A DNA stretch of 64,000 bases from an uncultured Elusimicrobia bacterium (GCA_964523525.1 CAZFYO010000003.1:92911-156910), one strand, 5' to 3'. Positions 10,082 through 20,914 are shown, counted from the stretch's first letter. Numbers and translations: made by a program. The notes: generated by a model not told the origin, from the sequence alone.

Positions 10082-11104
10082 ATGATTCGATGGTCTGTTC
10101 GGGTGGCAGTGATTATAGCGGGTCCAATGGTCGGCTGGTTTCAGATCGCGCAAACGACGAAGGGTATCCTGGTCGGAGTGGTGTGTTCGCTGGCGATCAT
10201 CGCGGCGGAAATCATCATCGAGAGAATTCCTCTGGATAACCTGATCGCGGGTGCCTTGGGCGGCATCCTGGGCCTCATTTCAGCCAAGCTGATCGATTAC
10301 GGCGTTTTTCTTTTGGACCGCCCGGTTTTTTACGACAAGTTCCACAAGTATTCCCTGTTGATCAACCTCCTGATGACGTACCTCGGCATGGTGGTGGCCA
10401 TCTACAAGAAGGAAGAGGTGGAGCTGCTCGATAAAAACATATTTGTTCCGTCGGCCAAGAAGCGCGGACAGGACGTGCTGGCGCTCGACACCTCGGCGAT
10501 CATCGATGGCCGCATCGCCGACATCTGCGACACCAAGTTTTTGTCGGGGCGCATTCTGGTTCCCCGTTTCGTATTGAACGAGCTGCATACGCTTTCTGAT
10601 TCCGGCGACGCAATCAAGCGGCAGCGCGGCCGGCGCGGCCTGGATATCCTGGCGCGTCTGCAGGAAATGCCGGAAAATCCCGTCACGGTCTTCGAAAAGG
10701 ATTTTTCCAATTTGAAAGATGTCGATGCGAAGCTGGTGGAGCTTGGCAAGGATCTGAACGCCAAGATCGTCACCACGGACTTTAATTTGAACAAGATCGC
10801 CTCGCTCCAAGGCGTGCGCGTGCTGAACATCAACGATCTGTCCAACGCGCTCAAGGCCGTTGTGCTCCCGGGCGAAGCCATGTCGGTCTTCGTCGTGAAG
10901 GAAGGCAAGGAGCGCGACCAGGGCGTCGCGTACCTGGACGATGGCACGATGGTGGTGGTTGAAGAAGGCCGCCGTTTAGTTGGGAAGAAAGTGGAGGTGC
11001 TGGTCGCCTCCATCCTCCAGACGTCCGCGGGCCGGATGATTTTCACCAAGGCCAAAGACCACGGCAAGGGCGCTACCAGCCACAACGAAGGGTTGCCCGC
11101 GTAA
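10082..11104 (+). CDS. PIN/TRAM domain membrane-anchored protein (YacL-like)
   Basis: N-terminal hydrophobic helices, PIN-like region and C-terminal TRAM-like region; conserved position directly after radA and before ispD. Confidence 0.7.
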   Translation: MIRWSVRVAVIIAGPMVGWFQIAQTTKGILVGVVCSLAIIAAEIIIERIPLDNLIAGALGGILGLISAKLIDYGVFLLDRPVFYDKFHKYSLLINLLMTYLGMVVAIYKKEEVELLDKNIFVPSAKKRGQDVLALDTSAIIDGRIADICDTKFLSGRILVPRFVLNELHTLSDSGDAIKRQRGRRGLDILARLQEMPENPVTVFEKDFSNLKDVDAKLVELGKDLNAKIVTTDFNLNKIASLQGVRVLNINDLSNALKAVVLPGEAMSVFVVKEGKERDQGVAYLDDGTMVVVEEGRRLVGKKVEVLVASILQTSAGRMIFTKAKDHGKGATSHNEGLPA

Positions 11105-11125
11105 GGCGGCTGGAAATCGGATTTA

Positions 11126-11875
11126 ATGCGCGCCGCAAAAAATATCATGATCGTGCTTGCCGCGGGTGAGGGCAAGCGGATGAACCGTCCTTATCCCAAG
11201 ATGCTGATCCCTCTGCGAGGCAAGCCTCTGCTGCATTGGACGCTCGCGAACATGGAGCGCTGCGCCGCCGTGGATCAGGTGATCGTAACGGTGCCGAAAA
11301 AATGGCGCGGGCTTTTCGAAAAGAAAATTCCGCTTCGGAATTACTCCAAAGTTTCGGCATGGGTGAATGGCGGCAAGGAGCGCACCGATTCGACGCGCAA
11401 CGCCATGGCGGCGCTGCCGGACAGCTGTGAAGTGGTGGGGATTCACGATGCGGCGCGGCCTTTCGTGGCTGGCGAGCACGTGAAGCAATGTTTTGAAGCG
11501 GCGAAGCGCAAGGGTGCTGCTATTTTGGCGGTGCCGGCCACCGATACCATCAAGGTTGCGGCTAAAAACGGTTCCTCGAGCCAGGTGACAATCGAACGCA
11601 CCGTGCCCCGGGCGCAATGCTGGTCCGCCCAGACGCCGCAGGTTTTTAAGCGCAACATCGCGGAGACTCTGCACCGCAAGGTCCGCTCGGGCTCATTTAC
11701 CGATGATGCTTCCATCGCGGAATCGCTGGGCTATCGCGTTTCCATAGTCCCTGGCTCGCATGAGAATATTAAAGTTACGACACCCAAAGATTTGATTGCC
11801 GCGGAATCATTCGTGAAGTCCTTGAAAATGACAGTTAGGAGTAACGCAGTCCGCGCGAAGGGGAAGCGCTCATGA
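11126..11875 (+). CDS. ispD: 2-C-methyl-D-erythritol 4-phosphate cytidylyltransferase
   Basis: IspD N-terminal nucleotide-binding motif (LAAGEGKRM) and overall similarity; the start may instead be the ATG at 11147. Confidence 0.85.
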   Translation: MRAAKNIMIVLAAGEGKRMNRPYPKMLIPLRGKPLLHWTLANMERCAAVDQVIVTVPKKWRGLFEKKIPLRNYSKVSAWVNGGKERTDSTRNAMAALPDSCEVVGIHDAARPFVAGEHVKQCFEAAKRKGAAILAVPATDTIKVAAKNGSSSQVTIERTVPRAQCWSAQTPQVFKRNIAETLHRKVRSGSFTDDASIAESLGYRVSIVPGSHENIKVTTPKDLIAAESFVKSLKMTVRSNAVRAKGKRS

Positions 11876-12345
11876 TCCGCGTCGGGCTTGGATACGACGC
11901 GCACAGGCTGAAAAAAGGCCGCCCGCTTTATCTCGGCGGCGTGCGCGTCCCGTACTCGAAAGGGTTGGAAGGCCATTCCGACGCCGACGTTTTGCTCCAT
12001 GCGCTTGTGGACGCGCTGCTGGGCGCAGCCGGCCTGCCGGATATCGGCACTTATTATTCGAACAAAGATCCGCGCTGGAAGAATGTATCGAGCCTGCTGT
12101 TTCTAAAGGACGTACGGCAACTGCTGAAGAAACGTAAGGCGAAAGTTTTGAACGTGGACTGCGCGCTGCTCTCGGAAGAACCCAAGATTTCTCCATACAT
12201 CAAAGAAATGAAGCGCCGGATCGCCGACGCGCTGGGCATCAAGGAGTCCGCCATCGGCATCAAGGCATCGACCAACGAACGCATGGGGTTCGTGGGCAAA
12301 AAAGAGGGGATGTGCGCCCATGCCGTCGCCCTGATTCAAAGCTAG
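11872..12345 (+). CDS. ispF: 2-C-methyl-D-erythritol 2,4-cyclodiphosphate synthase
   Basis: IspF signature (IRVGLGYDAHRL…GHSDADVLLHAL); overlaps the ispD stop by 4 nt. Confidence 0.9.
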   Translation: MIRVGLGYDAHRLKKGRPLYLGGVRVPYSKGLEGHSDADVLLHALVDALLGAAGLPDIGTYYSNKDPRWKNVSSLLFLKDVRQLLKKRKAKVLNVDCALLSEEPKISPYIKEMKRRIADALGIKESAIGIKASTNERMGFVGKKEGMCAHAVALIQS

Positions 12346-12358
12346 GAAGGGATACCAC

Positions 12359-13753
12359 ATGAGCATACAATCGGCTATTCAGCTTTCCAATTCCCTGACG
12401 GGCAAACGCGAGGTATTCGCGCCAGCGACGCCGGGCAAGGTGAACATGTATGTCTGCGGCATCACGCCGTATGACGAGTGCCATCTCGGCCACGCCCGCT
12501 GCTACGTATTTTTCGATACGGTGAAACGCTTCCTCAAAGCCGCCGGCTACGAAGTGCGCCACGTCCAGAACTTCACGGACATCGACGATAAAATCATCCA
12601 GCGCGCCCAGCTCCTCGATCAGGATTCCAAAATGATTTCGGAAAAATTTATCGCCGACTATTTCACGCAGATGGGAAAATTGGGCGTCGTTTCGGCCGAC
12701 GTTTACCCCAAGGTCACGGAAACGGTCCCGCAAATCATTAAATTTATCGAAGAGCTGATCGCAAAAGGGTTTGCATACCCCGTCGAAGGCACGGTTTTCT
12801 TTTCGGTGCGGAACTTCAAAACCTACGGGCACCTCTCAAAGCGGAATTTTGACGATATGGAAGTTGGCGCGCGCGTGGAGGTGAACGAGCAAAAGAAGGA
12901 TCCGCTCGACTTCGCGCTCTGGAAGGCCGCGAAGCCCGGCGAACCAGCGTGGCCTTCTCCCTGGGGGGAAGGGCGCCCCGGCTGGCACATCGAATGCTCG
13001 GTGATGTCCATCATGCATTTAGGCGAAAGCTTTGATATTCACGGCGGCGGGCAGGATCTGATTTTTCCTCATCACGAAAACGAGATCGCCCAGTCCGAAG
13101 CCAAAACCGGCAAGCAGTTTTCGAAAGTGTGGCTGCACAACGGTTTCGTGACGGTCAACCGCGAAAAAATGTCAAAGTCGCTTGGCAATTTTTTCACGCT
13201 GCGCGAAGTTTTCGAAAAGTTTCAGCCGCCGGTGGTGCGGCTTTTCCTGCTCTCGCGCCATTACAAGAGCCCGCTTGATTTTTCCGATGATCTGCTCGTC
13301 CAGGCCCAGAGCGCGTACCGCAGTCTCGAGGATGTATATGTCAAAACCGCGTACGTTTTGGACGGCAAAACGGATGGCGGCAAGGTTCTGGAAGACATCA
13401 AGACCAAGTTCATGAAGGCGCTGGCAGAGGACATCAACACAGAAAAAGCCATTGCTGTTTTGTTTGAACTCAACAATTTGATGATCCCCGCGATTAAAGA
13501 TCGGAAGCTCGACTGGCTGAGGGACGCCGTGGCGACCATGAAGCACTGCGCGACGGACCTCTTGGGCATCCGGCTTGAGAGCAAATTGACGGCTGATATC
13601 ATCCGCGACTTTAAGGCCAGCCTCGCGCGGCGCGATGAGTTCCGCAAGCAGAAAGATTGGGCGAACGCCGACAAGGTTCGCATCGAGATCGAGGCGGCAG
13701 GTTACGCCATCGAAGATACCGCTCTCGGCCCCATCCTCAAGCCCAAGCGCTAA
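12359..13753 (+). CDS. cysS: Cysteine--tRNA ligase
   Basis: Class I aaRS motifs: HLGHAR (HIGH-type) and KMSKS; zinc-binding Cys present; SD AGGAAGGGA upstream. Confidence 0.9.
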   Translation: MSIQSAIQLSNSLTGKREVFAPATPGKVNMYVCGITPYDECHLGHARCYVFFDTVKRFLKAAGYEVRHVQNFTDIDDKIIQRAQLLDQDSKMISEKFIADYFTQMGKLGVVSADVYPKVTETVPQIIKFIEELIAKGFAYPVEGTVFFSVRNFKTYGHLSKRNFDDMEVGARVEVNEQKKDPLDFALWKAAKPGEPAWPSPWGEGRPGWHIECSVMSIMHLGESFDIHGGGQDLIFPHHENEIAQSEAKTGKQFSKVWLHNGFVTVNREKMSKSLGNFFTLREVFEKFQPPVVRLFLLSRHYKSPLDFSDDLLVQAQSAYRSLEDVYVKTAYVLDGKTDGGKVLEDIKTKFMKALAEDINTEKAIAVLFELNNLMIPAIKDRKLDWLRDAVATMKHCATDLLGIRLESKLTADIIRDFKASLARRDEFRKQKDWANADKVRIEIEAAGYAIEDTALGPILKPKR

Positions 13754-13757
13754 CCGC

Positions 13758-14492
13758 ATGTGGGAATGGTTTTGCGGCCGGCAGATCGTCCAGGAAGTTC
13801 TCGAAGCCGGCTGTTCCGTTAAAAAACTGCTGGTCGCGACGGACGCTTCCGGCGATACCCTCCAGGAAATTTCACAGATTGCCGCTGCCCGCCACATCAA
13901 CATTGAACGCGTTCCCAAAAGAGTCATTGAGGGTCTGGTTCGCGCAAACCATCAGGGCGTTGCCGTGCAAGCGGCGCTTCCCGGCCCGATGGACTTCAAA
14001 AATTTTCTCGACACGCTTCCCCTGGACAAGCAGACGTTCATCGGCGTTTTGGATGAAGTGCAGGACCCGCAAAACGTCGGCGCGATTCTGCGCAGCGCGG
14101 CGGCGTTCGGCTGCAAAGGCGTCGTCATCTCCAAGTGGCGCCAGGCCGGCATGAGCCAGGCCGTGATGCGCGCTTCCAGCGGCGCCGCCATGAAAGTCCC
14201 GCTGGCCGAGATCGCCAACATCGGAGTGGCCATCGAACGATTGAAGGAAAAAGGGTTTTGGATTTATGGCGCATCAGTGGAAGACGGTCATAAACTCGAG
14301 AATGCCAAAATCCGGTTTCCGATGGCCATCGTGCTGGGCAACGAACACCGCGGCATCAAGCCGATTTTGAAAAACAACTGCGACGAGCTCCTCTCCATTT
14401 CGCAAACCGACGACATACAGTCGCTCAACGTTTCCTGCGCCGCTTCCATCTTTTTTCATGAGATTCACATGCAGGCGCTCAAGGCATCATAA
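13758..14492 (+). CDS. rlmB: SpoU/TrmH-family RNA 2'-O-methyltransferase (RlmB-like)
   Basis: SPOUT methyltransferase motifs (VLDEVQDPQNVGAILRSAAAFG…AIVLGNEHRGI); conserved position after cysS. The track ORF starts upstream, inside cysS; trimmed to the ATG at 13758. Confidence 0.75.
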   Translation: MWEWFCGRQIVQEVLEAGCSVKKLLVATDASGDTLQEISQIAAARHINIERVPKRVIEGLVRANHQGVAVQAALPGPMDFKNFLDTLPLDKQTFIGVLDEVQDPQNVGAILRSAAAFGCKGVVISKWRQAGMSQAVMRASSGAAMKVPLAEIANIGVAIERLKEKGFWIYGASVEDGHKLENAKIRFPMAIVLGNEHRGIKPILKNNCDELLSISQTDDIQSLNVSCAASIFFHEIHMQALKAS

Positions 14493-14501
14493 AAGGGTGA
14501 T

Positions 14502-15233
14502 ATGACCGATAACGTTTCCATTTGGACGTCGTTCGTAGCGGGGGTCGCTTCATTTCTGTCACCCTGCGTCCTGCCGCTGGTTCCGGGCTACATTTCCTAC
14601 GTGTCGGGCCTGTCGCTGGACGAGCTTTCGAACAGCCAGGACCAGGGCGCCACGATGCGCAAAACGCTGGGCGGCGCGGCGCTCTTCGTTATCGGCTTTT
14701 CCATTGTCTTCACAGCGCTTGGCGCCTCCGCCAGCGCGGTCGGACGCATCCTGCTGGGCAATCTGCCCATCATCAACAAAATTGCGGGCGCTCTCATTGT
14801 GATTTTTGGCCTTCACACGATGGGCGTCATTCGCATCCCTTTCCTCTACTACGAGAAGCGCTTTCACACGAGCGGCCAGGCGGTGCGCTGGTTCAGCCCG
14901 CTGGTCATGGGCTTTGCGTTCGCTTTCGGCTGGACGCCCTGCATCGGCCCGATCCTGGCCGGAATTCTGGCGCTCGCCGCGACGCAGGAAACCGTTTTTC
15001 AGGGCACGCTGCTGCTTTTTATCTATTCGATGGGGCTGGGCATTCCCTTTCTGCTCACCGCGCTTGGCGTGCAATATTTCATGCGGTTTTTCGCGAAGTA
15101 TAAAAAATTCATCCGCTGGGGCGAGATTTTCGCCGGCATCCTGCTGGTATTTGTCGGCGTGCTGATTTTCACGAACAAGCTGACGGTTTTGATCAAGTTC
15201 CTGCCGGACTCGCTGTCGAAGTTCGCTATTTAA
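14502..15233 (+). CDS. ccdA: Cytochrome c-type biogenesis / thiol-disulfide transporter CcdA (DsbD-like membrane domain)
   Basis: Polytopic membrane protein with the two conserved Cys motifs of the CcdA/DsbD family (SPCVLPLVPGY and WTPCIGPILAGIL). Confidence 0.75.
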   Translation: MTDNVSIWTSFVAGVASFLSPCVLPLVPGYISYVSGLSLDELSNSQDQGATMRKTLGGAALFVIGFSIVFTALGASASAVGRILLGNLPIINKIAGALIVIFGLHTMGVIRIPFLYYEKRFHTSGQAVRWFSPLVMGFAFAFGWTPCIGPILAGILALAATQETVFQGTLLLFIYSMGLGIPFLLTALGVQYFMRFFAKYKKFIRWGEIFAGILLVFVGVLIFTNKLTVLIKFLPDSLSKFAI

Positions 15234-15255
15234 TCGTTACGGAGGCACTAAGAAC

Positions 15256-15801
15256 ATGAAAAACATTTTGATCGCTCTCGCCGTTATCGCGCTGGCCGCC
15301 GGCGGATATTACATTTACAGGAACAAAAGCCTCGGTAACGTGGGCGTGAAGCGCGGCGTGGAGTCCATGGCGCAGGGCGATTTCAGCAAGATGGGCAAAG
15401 CGCCGGATTTTTCCGTGACGGATCTGGACGGAAAAACGGTGACGCTCGCCGACCTGAAAGGTAAGGTCGTGGTGTTGAACTTCTGGGCCACCTGGTGCCC
15501 GCCCTGCCGCGAAGAAATTCCCGCGCTGATCGCGCTGCATGAAAAAAACAAAGCCAGGGGGTTGGTGGTGCTGGGCGTTTCCATGGACGAGGGCGGCGTC
15601 GCCGAAGTGAAAGAGTTTGTCGCAAAAAATAAGATGACCTATCCCGTGGCAATGGCGAGCAGCACGATTGCCGACGATTACGGCGGGGTGCGCGCGATCC
15701 CGACGACGTTTATCATCAACCGCGACGGCGCCATCATCGAGAAGATCGTGGGCGACCGCTCGCTCGAACAGTTTGAAAAATCGGTGCAACCCTCGCTGTA
15801 A
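15256..15801 (+). CDS. Thiol-disulfide oxidoreductase, TlpA/ResA-like thioredoxin-fold protein (membrane-anchored)
   Basis: N-terminal anchor helix plus thioredoxin active site WCPPC ([15 protein letters not shown]). Confidence 0.8.
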   Translation: MKNILIALAVIALAAGGYYIYRNKSLGNVGVKRGVESMAQGDFSKMGKAPDFSVTDLDGKTVTLADLKGKVVVLNFWATWCPPCREEIPALIALHEKNKARGLVVLGVSMDEGGVAEVKEFVAKNKMTYPVAMASSTIADDYGGVRAIPTTFIINRDGAIIEKIVGDRSLEQFEKSVQPSL

Positions 15802-15827
15802 CGGAGAGTTGTAATCGAGATTTAACC

Positions 15828-18065
15828 GTGACCGAGACTTTGCAGAAAAAACCCAACCATCTGATTCAGGAGAAGAGCCCCTATCTTCTCCAGCACGCCT
15901 ATAACCCGGTCGAATGGTATCCCTGGGGCGATGAGGCGATCGCGCGCGCCCGGGCGGAGAATAAACCGATCCTGGTTTCCATTGGATACTCCACGTGCCA
16001 CTGGTGCCACGTGATGGAAAAGGAATCGTTTTCAAATCCCGCCGTGGCCGCGGTGATGAACGAACACTTAATCAACATTAAAATCGATCGGGAAGAGCGG
16101 CCGGATGTCGATAAAATTTACATGTCGGCTGTAACAGCCATGATCGGGTCGGGCGGATGGCCGCTGAACGTGTTCTTGACGCCGGACCTGCGCCCGTTTT
16201 TTGGCGGGACGTACTTTCCGCCGGAAGACCGCTTTGGAACCACGGGCTGGTCCAATCTGGTGAAGCGGATCCATGAGGTTTGGACGAACACGGAAAGCCG
16301 CGAGAAGATGCTGGCCTCCGCGGCCGATCTGACCGCGTACCTGCGCGAGACGCTGGGCGGTGTTACGCAGAAGGCGGAAGGAAGCGAGGCCGGGAAAGCG
16401 CCGGAAGCGTTATCCGCCGCCATCACGGAAAGCACGGCGAAGGCGATTCTGGACGTCTACGACCCGCACCTCGGCGGTTTCGGTTCGGCCCCCAAATTTC
16501 CCATGCCGGTTTATCACAATTTTCTGCAGGCGACTCAGACCGGGGCGAACCTTGAAGCCTCGCACCATTCGCTGCGCGCCATGGCGAAAGGCGGAATTTT
16601 TGACCATCTCGGCGGCGGATTCCATCGTTATTCCACGGACGGCCGCTGGCACGTGCCTCACTTCGAGAAGATGCTTTACGATAACGCCCAGCTCGCGTTC
16701 AACTATCTGAACGCATTCGTTCTCACCCGCGAGCCCGTCTTTGAGCGCGTGGCGCGGCAGACCCTGGATTATTTATTGCGCGACATGACGCATCCCCAAG
16801 GCGGCTTCTATTCCGCCGAAGATGCGGACAGCCTGCCGCCCGAACTGGCCGGGAAAGTGATCGATGATACGCACGAGCATCGCACCGAAGGCGCTTTTTA
16901 TGTCTGGGAAGCGAAAGAAATCGCAGAGATCGCGGGCGCCGAGGCTGGAAAAATATTTTCCTATCATTACGGCGTGGCCGATATGGGGAACGTGCGCGAA
17001 GATCCGCACGGCGAGCTGATCGGCAAAAACGTTTTGTTTGAAGCGCGTACGGCGGCAGAGACAGCGGCGCAGTTTTCCAAAAACGAATCGGAGATCGAAA
17101 AAATTCTGGCGGACGCACGAGCGAAGCTTTTTCAGAAGCGCGCGTCGCGGCCGAGACCGCATCTGGACGATAAAATCATCGCTTCCTGGAATGGTCTGGC
17201 CATTTCCGCGTTCGCGCGGGCCTATCAGGTCCTGGAGGATGAGAGATATCTCGCCGCCGCGAAGAAAGCGGGAGATTTTCTCTGGAACGAGATGGTGGAC
17301 CTGCCCAACGGGCAATTGTACCGGAGATGGCGGGACGGGGAGCGGAAGATCAAAGGCATCGCGGATGATTACGCGTTCGCCGCGCAGGGGTATCTGGACC
17401 TTTACGAAGCGGATTTCAACGAGCAGGACCTGCGCCGCGCGGTCCAACTTTGCCAGGATTTGAACGAGCGCTTCTTTGACCCCATTGATGGCGGATATTA
17501 CATGACAGAACCCAGTCATGACCCCAACCTTTTGATCCGCACTAAGGAAGATTACGATAACGTCGAACCTTCTGCCAGTTCCGTTGCCTGCGGGACCCTG
17601 CTGCGCCTTTCCGAAATGACCGGCCGCGGCGATTTTGTGGATGCGGCGGAAAAAACGTTCCATCACTTCGCTCCGACGCTCAACAATCACCCTCGGGCCA
17701 TGCCGCAGCTGGCGATGGCGCTCGATTTCCGGATGAAAAATTCCTGCCAGATCATTTTGATGGGCGATAAAGGCGCCACGGACACGCAGGCCATGCTGCG
17801 CGCCATCCGCGCCCTGCCGGTTTTCAGCAAGACCGTATTATTGATCGATAATTCAAAATTTCAACAGGAGTTGGCCCGTACGCTTCCTTATCTCGCGGGA
17901 TTCAAGCGGGAAGGAAACCGCGCCACGGCGTACGTCTGCGTGAATCAGGCCTGCCGGTTGCCGACGACGGACCCCCAGGCGCTCGCACAAGCAATCGGAG
18001 CGCAATCTAATGGAGCTGCAGGCGCTGCCGCGAATGCGATACCAGAAGCGAGGAAGTTACGATGA
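15828..18065 (+). CDS. Thioredoxin-domain protein, YyaL/DUF255 family (thioredoxin-like N-terminus plus six-hairpin glycosidase-like domain)
   Basis: N-terminal motif (…[22 protein letters not shown]) typical of the DUF255/YyaL family; 745 aa; GTG start. Confidence 0.8.
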   Translation: MTETLQKKPNHLIQEKSPYLLQHAYNPVEWYPWGDEAIARARAENKPILVSIGYSTCHWCHVMEKESFSNPAVAAVMNEHLINIKIDREERPDVDKIYMSAVTAMIGSGGWPLNVFLTPDLRPFFGGTYFPPEDRFGTTGWSNLVKRIHEVWTNTESREKMLASAADLTAYLRETLGGVTQKAEGSEAGKAPEALSAAITESTAKAILDVYDPHLGGFGSAPKFPMPVYHNFLQATQTGANLEASHHSLRAMAKGGIFDHLGGGFHRYSTDGRWHVPHFEKMLYDNAQLAFNYLNAFVLTREPVFERVARQTLDYLLRDMTHPQGGFYSAEDADSLPPELAGKVIDDTHEHRTEGAFYVWEAKEIAEIAGAEAGKIFSYHYGVADMGNVREDPHGELIGKNVLFEARTAAETAAQFSKNESEIEKILADARAKLFQKRASRPRPHLDDKIIASWNGLAISAFARAYQVLEDERYLAAAKKAGDFLWNEMVDLPNGQLYRRWRDGERKIKGIADDYAFAAQGYLDLYEADFNEQDLRRAVQLCQDLNERFFDPIDGGYYMTEPSHDPNLLIRTKEDYDNVEPSASSVACGTLLRLSEMTGRGDFVDAAEKTFHHFAPTLNNHPRAMPQLAMALDFRMKNSCQIILMGDKGATDTQAMLRAIRALPVFSKTVLLIDNSKFQQELARTLPYLAGFKREGNRATAYVCVNQACRLPTTDPQALAQAIGAQSNGAAGAAANAIPEARKLR

Positions 18066-19150
18066 GACGAAAATTACTCGATATTTTGATATGTCCCTCC
18101 TGCCAGGGCGGGCTGAACCTGACCGCGTTGCAGGAAGTGGAGCAGCGGATCGAAGAGGGCGTCCTGCAATGCGCGCGCTGCGGCGAACGCTACCCGGTCG
18201 TGGACGGGATTCCGCGCTTTGTCCCCAATGCGCTGTCGCTCCATCCCGGTTTCGTCAAAAAATATCCGGATGCGCTGGGCATGAAGGCTTCCAACGGCCG
18301 CGAAGACTTGTTCAAAGAAGTCCATGGCTCCACGCAGGAGCGGTTCAGCTACGAGTGGATGCGCTATCCCGGCTCGCTTCCCGAGGATAAACCCGTTTTT
18401 CTGGATGAAACGCAGATCCCTCCGGATGAGTGGAGGGGAAAGCGCATCATGGACGCAGGCTGCGGCATGGGCCGCTACAGCCGGGTCGCGCACGAGCTCG
18501 GCGCCGACGTGGTAGCGATCGATCTCGGCACCGCGCTCATCCGGCTCAAGGACCTGGCGGATCAATCCGACCGTATGCACATTGTCCAGGGCAATTTGAT
18601 GAGCCCGCCCATCAAAAAAGAAAGCTTTGACATCGTTTACAGTTTGGGGGTCATCCACCATACGCCGTCGGCCCATGCGACGTTTAAGAAGCTGGCGGAG
18701 CTGGTGAAGCCCGGCGGCCAGATTTCCGTCTGGGTCTATGGCACCAACGGGCCTTACGCCAATTTCAAAACCAATCCGCTCAAGTCGTCCCGCGCGTTTC
18801 TGGGCGCTCTCCGCTGGCCCGTCTGGCTGATCGGCCACATCCGGGAATTTTTGAGCGACACGCTGCGTCTCGTCACGGTCCACCTGCCGCACTCGCTGGT
18901 GTACGGTATCAGTTACCCCTTGGCCGCGCTTGGCAAGGTCCCAGGTCTCAAATACCTGACGTTTTCCGTTCACCCGCTCTGGCGCGTGCGCGTGCAGGAA
19001 AATTTTGACTGGCTTTCGCCGCCGTATCAGAGCCATCACACCAAAGAGGAACTTTCGGGCTGGAACGAGGCCTGCGGGTTCAAGGTCCTGAGGATTTTGC
19101 CGCACGGGTTTGTGCCGAAACCGGGCGTGCTGGGAAAGAAATCGTCATGA
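18062..19150 (+). CDS. Class I SAM-dependent methyltransferase with N-terminal Trm112-like zinc ribbon
   Basis: CPSC…CARC zinc-ribbon pattern at the N-terminus, then SAM motif I (DAGCGMGRY); overlaps the previous stop by 4 nt. Confidence 0.7.
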   Translation: MRRKLLDILICPSCQGGLNLTALQEVEQRIEEGVLQCARCGERYPVVDGIPRFVPNALSLHPGFVKKYPDALGMKASNGREDLFKEVHGSTQERFSYEWMRYPGSLPEDKPVFLDETQIPPDEWRGKRIMDAGCGMGRYSRVAHELGADVVAIDLGTALIRLKDLADQSDRMHIVQGNLMSPPIKKESFDIVYSLGVIHHTPSAHATFKKLAELVKPGGQISVWVYGTNGPYANFKTNPLKSSRAFLGALRWPVWLIGHIREFLSDTLRLVTVHLPHSLVYGISYPLAALGKVPGLKYLTFSVHPLWRVRVQENFDWLSPPYQSHHTKEELSGWNEACGFKVLRILPHGFVPKPGVLGKKSS

Positions 19151-19836
19151 TCGGTTTGATCGCGGCGTTTTGCGGCATTATCGGCGCGCTGGCCGCGCCC
19201 GCCTTCGCCCTGGAGCCGGGAACGTTCGTGTCCGACGGGAAACGCGACCGGCAGCAGATCGCCCTCACCTTCGATGACGGCCCGGGAGAGTACACGAAGC
19301 AGGTGCTGGATGTGCTGGACCGCTACGGCGTCAAAGCCACGTTCTTTATGAACGGCGATCAGGTGGAGATGCGCCCCGACATCGCCCGCGACGTGCAGAA
19401 GCGCGGCCACGAGATCGCCGACCACACCTACAGTCACATGAATTTTTACGCGTACCTGAAGAAGCACGGCCTTGAAGCGACGCAGTCGAAGATCCGCTCG
19501 GAGATCAAAAAGTCCAAGGACGTGATCGAGAAGACCTGCGGCGGGACGATCAAAATCTGCCGCATGCCGCACGGTTTTCACAAGCCCTGGATGAAGGATA
19601 TTGCCAGGGAGTTCGGCTATACGCTGGTGAATTGGAGCTTTGGCGAGGACTGGCTGAACATTCCGGAGGCGAAGATGGGCGCGGATTATGTCAAAGCCGT
19701 GAAACCCGGCGCGATCCTGCTCTTCCACGATGGCGGGCGGAAGCGCGGCAAAACCGTGGCGGTGGTGCCTCTCGTCATTGAGGAAGCGAAACGCAAGAAT
19801 TTACAGGTTGTGACGGTGGGAGAGCTGCTGCGGTAA
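19147..19836 (+). CDS. Polysaccharide deacetylase (NodB-homology, CE4 family), secreted
   Basis: Signal peptide, NodB motif 1 (TFDDGP), conserved His motifs (HEIADHTYSH). Confidence 0.75.
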   Translation: MIGLIAAFCGIIGALAAPAFALEPGTFVSDGKRDRQQIALTFDDGPGEYTKQVLDVLDRYGVKATFFMNGDQVEMRPDIARDVQKRGHEIADHTYSHMNFYAYLKKHGLEATQSKIRSEIKKSKDVIEKTCGGTIKICRMPHGFHKPWMKDIAREFGYTLVNWSFGEDWLNIPEAKMGADYVKAVKPGAILLFHDGGRKRGKTVAVVPLVIEEAKRKNLQVVTVGELLR

Positions 19837-19866
19837 GTCCGGTCCAGCGCTCCGGATCTGTCCGGA

Positions 19867-20448
19867 TCAAAACTTGGTGATCGCGCGGATGTAATAGGTT
19901 TCGTTCGCCAGGAAGTTGTCCCTCGAAAAAGTCATCGTGTAGTTCCCCAATGGATACCTCGACCAGTCCGAAAACCCGAAGATCGACGAATAGAAGAGCG
20001 GCACGTCCAGGTTCGTCGAAAACTGCCTTCCGATATTTCCCGAATAGGTAAAAGTGACGACGGAAAATTTGCTCGCGGCCCGGCTGCGCGGCGTATCGTA
20101 AAAACTGTGGCGGATCACGATGCGGTTCGTGTCCAGCACGAATTCGTGGTCGGCCAGGGAAAACTGCCGGGGGATCATCTCGTTGATCTCCTTCAATATC
20201 GGGAAAAGGTTGATGAGGTCGCCCGGTTCATTGTATTTGTAAATCACCGGCGGTGGAAACAGGACGCTTTTATTGATGGCTCGTCGTTTAGCCTGGGTCT
20301 TGGCGGGGCTTCTGGCCTTGGTTCCGGTTGACTTCTGGACCGTATTGGAGTTTTTAGAGTCGGATGTTGCTTGGGCGGCGGCCACCTGCGGCGCCAGGGT
20401 GCCGCAGAGAAGTATCAGCGAAAATGCAACTCGGATCGCGCCAATCAA
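19867..20448 (-). CDS. Hypothetical secreted protein (possible outer-membrane protein)
   Basis: Signal peptide (…CGTLAPQVAAAQA), basic low-complexity linker, C-terminal aromatic residue (…ITKF); no family recognised. Confidence 0.5.
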   Translation of the reverse strand: MIGAIRVAFSLILLCGTLAPQVAAAQATSDSKNSNTVQKSTGTKARSPAKTQAKRRAINKSVLFPPPVIYKYNEPGDLINLFPILKEINEMIPRQFSLADHEFVLDTNRIVIRHSFYDTPRSRAASKFSVVTFTYSGNIGRQFSTNLDVPLFYSSIFGFSDWSRYPLGNYTMTFSRDNFLANETYYIRAITKF

Positions 20449-20825
20449 GACCGGCCCAGAACTGATTGGATTGTTTCTGTTAACGTGACGAGGTCAAACG
20501 GCTTTTCGATGAAAGCCTTGGCGCCGCTGGCGATGGCTTTCTGGGCGTTTTCCGGCTCGGCCTTGGCGGTGATGAAAATAATGGGGATTTTGCTGGCGAG
20601 AGGGTCTTCCCGCAGGGCTATCTGGACGTGAAAACCGTCCACTTTCGGCATCATGACGTCCAGAAGGATCAGGTCCGGGAGAAGTTTTTTGGCCAGTTCA
20701 ATGCCTTCTTCACCGTTCCGCGCCAGATGTCCCTCATAGCCGCGGATTTTCAGGAACAGCGCGATCAGGTCCTGGACTTCGGGTTCGTCGTCGATTAAAA
20801 GGATTCTTTTTGGAGCAGCGGGCAT
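20445..20825 (-). CDS. Stand-alone response-regulator receiver domain protein (CheY-like)
   Basis: Receiver motifs: LLIDDEP, LILLDVMMP, conserved Lys (EKPF); no output domain; 126 aa. Confidence 0.8.
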   Translation of the reverse strand: MPAAPKRILLIDDEPEVQDLIALFLKIRGYEGHLARNGEEGIELAKKLLPDLILLDVMMPKVDGFHVQIALREDPLASKIPIIFITAKAEPENAQKAIASGAKAFIEKPFDLVTLTETIQSVLGRS

Positions 20826-20914
20826 TTCGGCTTATTATACCTACTTATGCGCGGGTTGGTTGCAAGTTTCGCCCGGAAATTTTATTGTATGAATATGGAA
20901 GCGTTTTCAATCTG

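Noticed and set aside
16773-19105. Long minus-strand ORFs (16773-17690 and 18074-19105) antisense to the YyaL-like and methyltransferase genes
   Set aside because: The + strand frames carry thioredoxin and SAM-binding motifs; the antisense translations are Arg-rich with no recognisable features.
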